A DNA stretch of 33,861 bases, from NCBI GenBank assembly GCA_002104905.1, contig MCFE01000811.1, positions 1 to 33,861 on the forward strand, given 5' to 3'. Under the pieces are notes generated by a model. That model ran no database searches. It saw only the letters and a list, made by a program, of their open reading frames with translations, and was not told the origin of the DNA. Both the position numbers and the translations under genes were made by a program. This document shows positions 32,853 through 33,861 of this stretch, one piece after another; positions within the stretch are counted from its first letter, which is position 1, and every line of letters begins with the position of its first letter. This stretch comes from Basidiobolus meristosporus CBS 931.73. Lineage: Eukaryota > Fungi > Basidiobolomycota.

Positions 32853-33861
32853 TGTGGTGTTTAAGTCCAAGGGAGAGATATGTTCAGCATTTCCCAAGTG
32901 GTTTGTGTGTGGGGTGTTCACTGGGTGCAATAACCTCTGGCAAAAGCTTGCTGGGAATGCTTGGGTTCTGTCTCTAATCTAATGTGATGGGGAGTAAAGC
33001 CACAAGCTTGTCAAGGGAAAACTATTGAGTTACAATCACCAACTTAGTTGGTGTCTTAACAAAAGTATGTGCTGGGTTTGGCAACCTTTGAGATGACAAT
33101 GTGCTAAAGCATCCAAAGTCAAAACAGCTGTAAACTCCACCAGCAGGGACTTGATAAGAATGCAGCTGTGGTCAATAGTTACAAAGACAGAAAAGTATCT
33201 TTGCCTGTACAAGAACAAACTTAGGAAAGAATCAAATATAATAAAAGATACCTACACTGAGTATTCCTCACAAGTAGTGCCTTCAAGGTCAGTTGGCTGT
33301 CAGTGTGGTTTCTTTGGAGTGTCCTGTGATCTGGGGTTGGAAGTTCAGGTAGCAGCAGGTAGCAGTGATCACACTAATCAACAAGTTGGTATATTGATCA
33401 AAGGGTTGATGATTTATTGTTGAGGGATAGCCTCCCTTATATACTTTTCTTACTGGCTAAGTGATTACTAATCATGGTGTTCCAGAAGGTTCCAGATATC
33501 AATAGAAATCTTAATGACATCAGAATGACCTATGAATGCTCTAAGTATGTGCCCAATGGTTCCAAGAGGCACAGCACATCCAACCAATCAGGAATCAGTA
33601 TTATGAGACCTGTGTGACATATAGATACCATATATGGTATAAAAAAGATAGGGATGGTGATATGGACTGGTCATGTGTCACAGGTATTACCACAGGTACT
33701 TGCCCAATATAGAAACACTTATAGCTAGTAATCTTACATAAAGTGAGGGATAACTTATGCATAAGGTAAGCAACTGTGATAGTCAGCCAGCTTATGGGAG
33801 AGTACTGATCAGGTAAGACAAATGGGATAAAACTAAAAAAGCGTAGTAGAGAAATATAAAA
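32853..33861 (-). mobile_element. LTR of the TGTGGTG family inserted in Copia-B gag; runs off the window end
   Basis: Starts TGTGGTG and is collinear with 21129-21659 plus 23647 onward. Identical 21-mer GGGATAGCCTCCCTTATATAC at 23684 and 33424. Confidence 0.8.

Overview
Eukaryotic (fungal) genomic DNA in two compartments. The short 50-80 nt GT-AG introns, the gene set and the repeat load suggest an early-diverging fungus, possibly Entomophthoromycotina; the taxon is an inference. (1) About 1-17.4 kb is CpG-rich and carries seven genes: a ThrE/Prm10-type transporter, a Sel1-repeat chitin synthase activator with a CaaX end (Skt5/Chs4-like), Svf1, a two-finger C2H2 transcription factor, a very divergent 5-exon cyclin, an NXPE/PC-esterase-like type II membrane protein and a TDP2-like EEP phosphodiesterase. 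(2) About 17.4 kb to the end is an almost CpG-free nest of dead transposons. It holds four complete and one partial 349-bp copia LTRs, two copia bodies facing tail-to-tail, three insertions of a second LTR family with TGTGGTG termini, a TTAA-flanked piggyBac inside one of those LTRs, and a 734-bp almost fully palindromic foldback element with a 3-bp TSD. The most unusual structure is an LTR-PBS-gag5'-inverted LTR unit with the same insertion junction present twice, 8.2 kb apart. All gene models, alignments and counts were made by eye; no searches were run.
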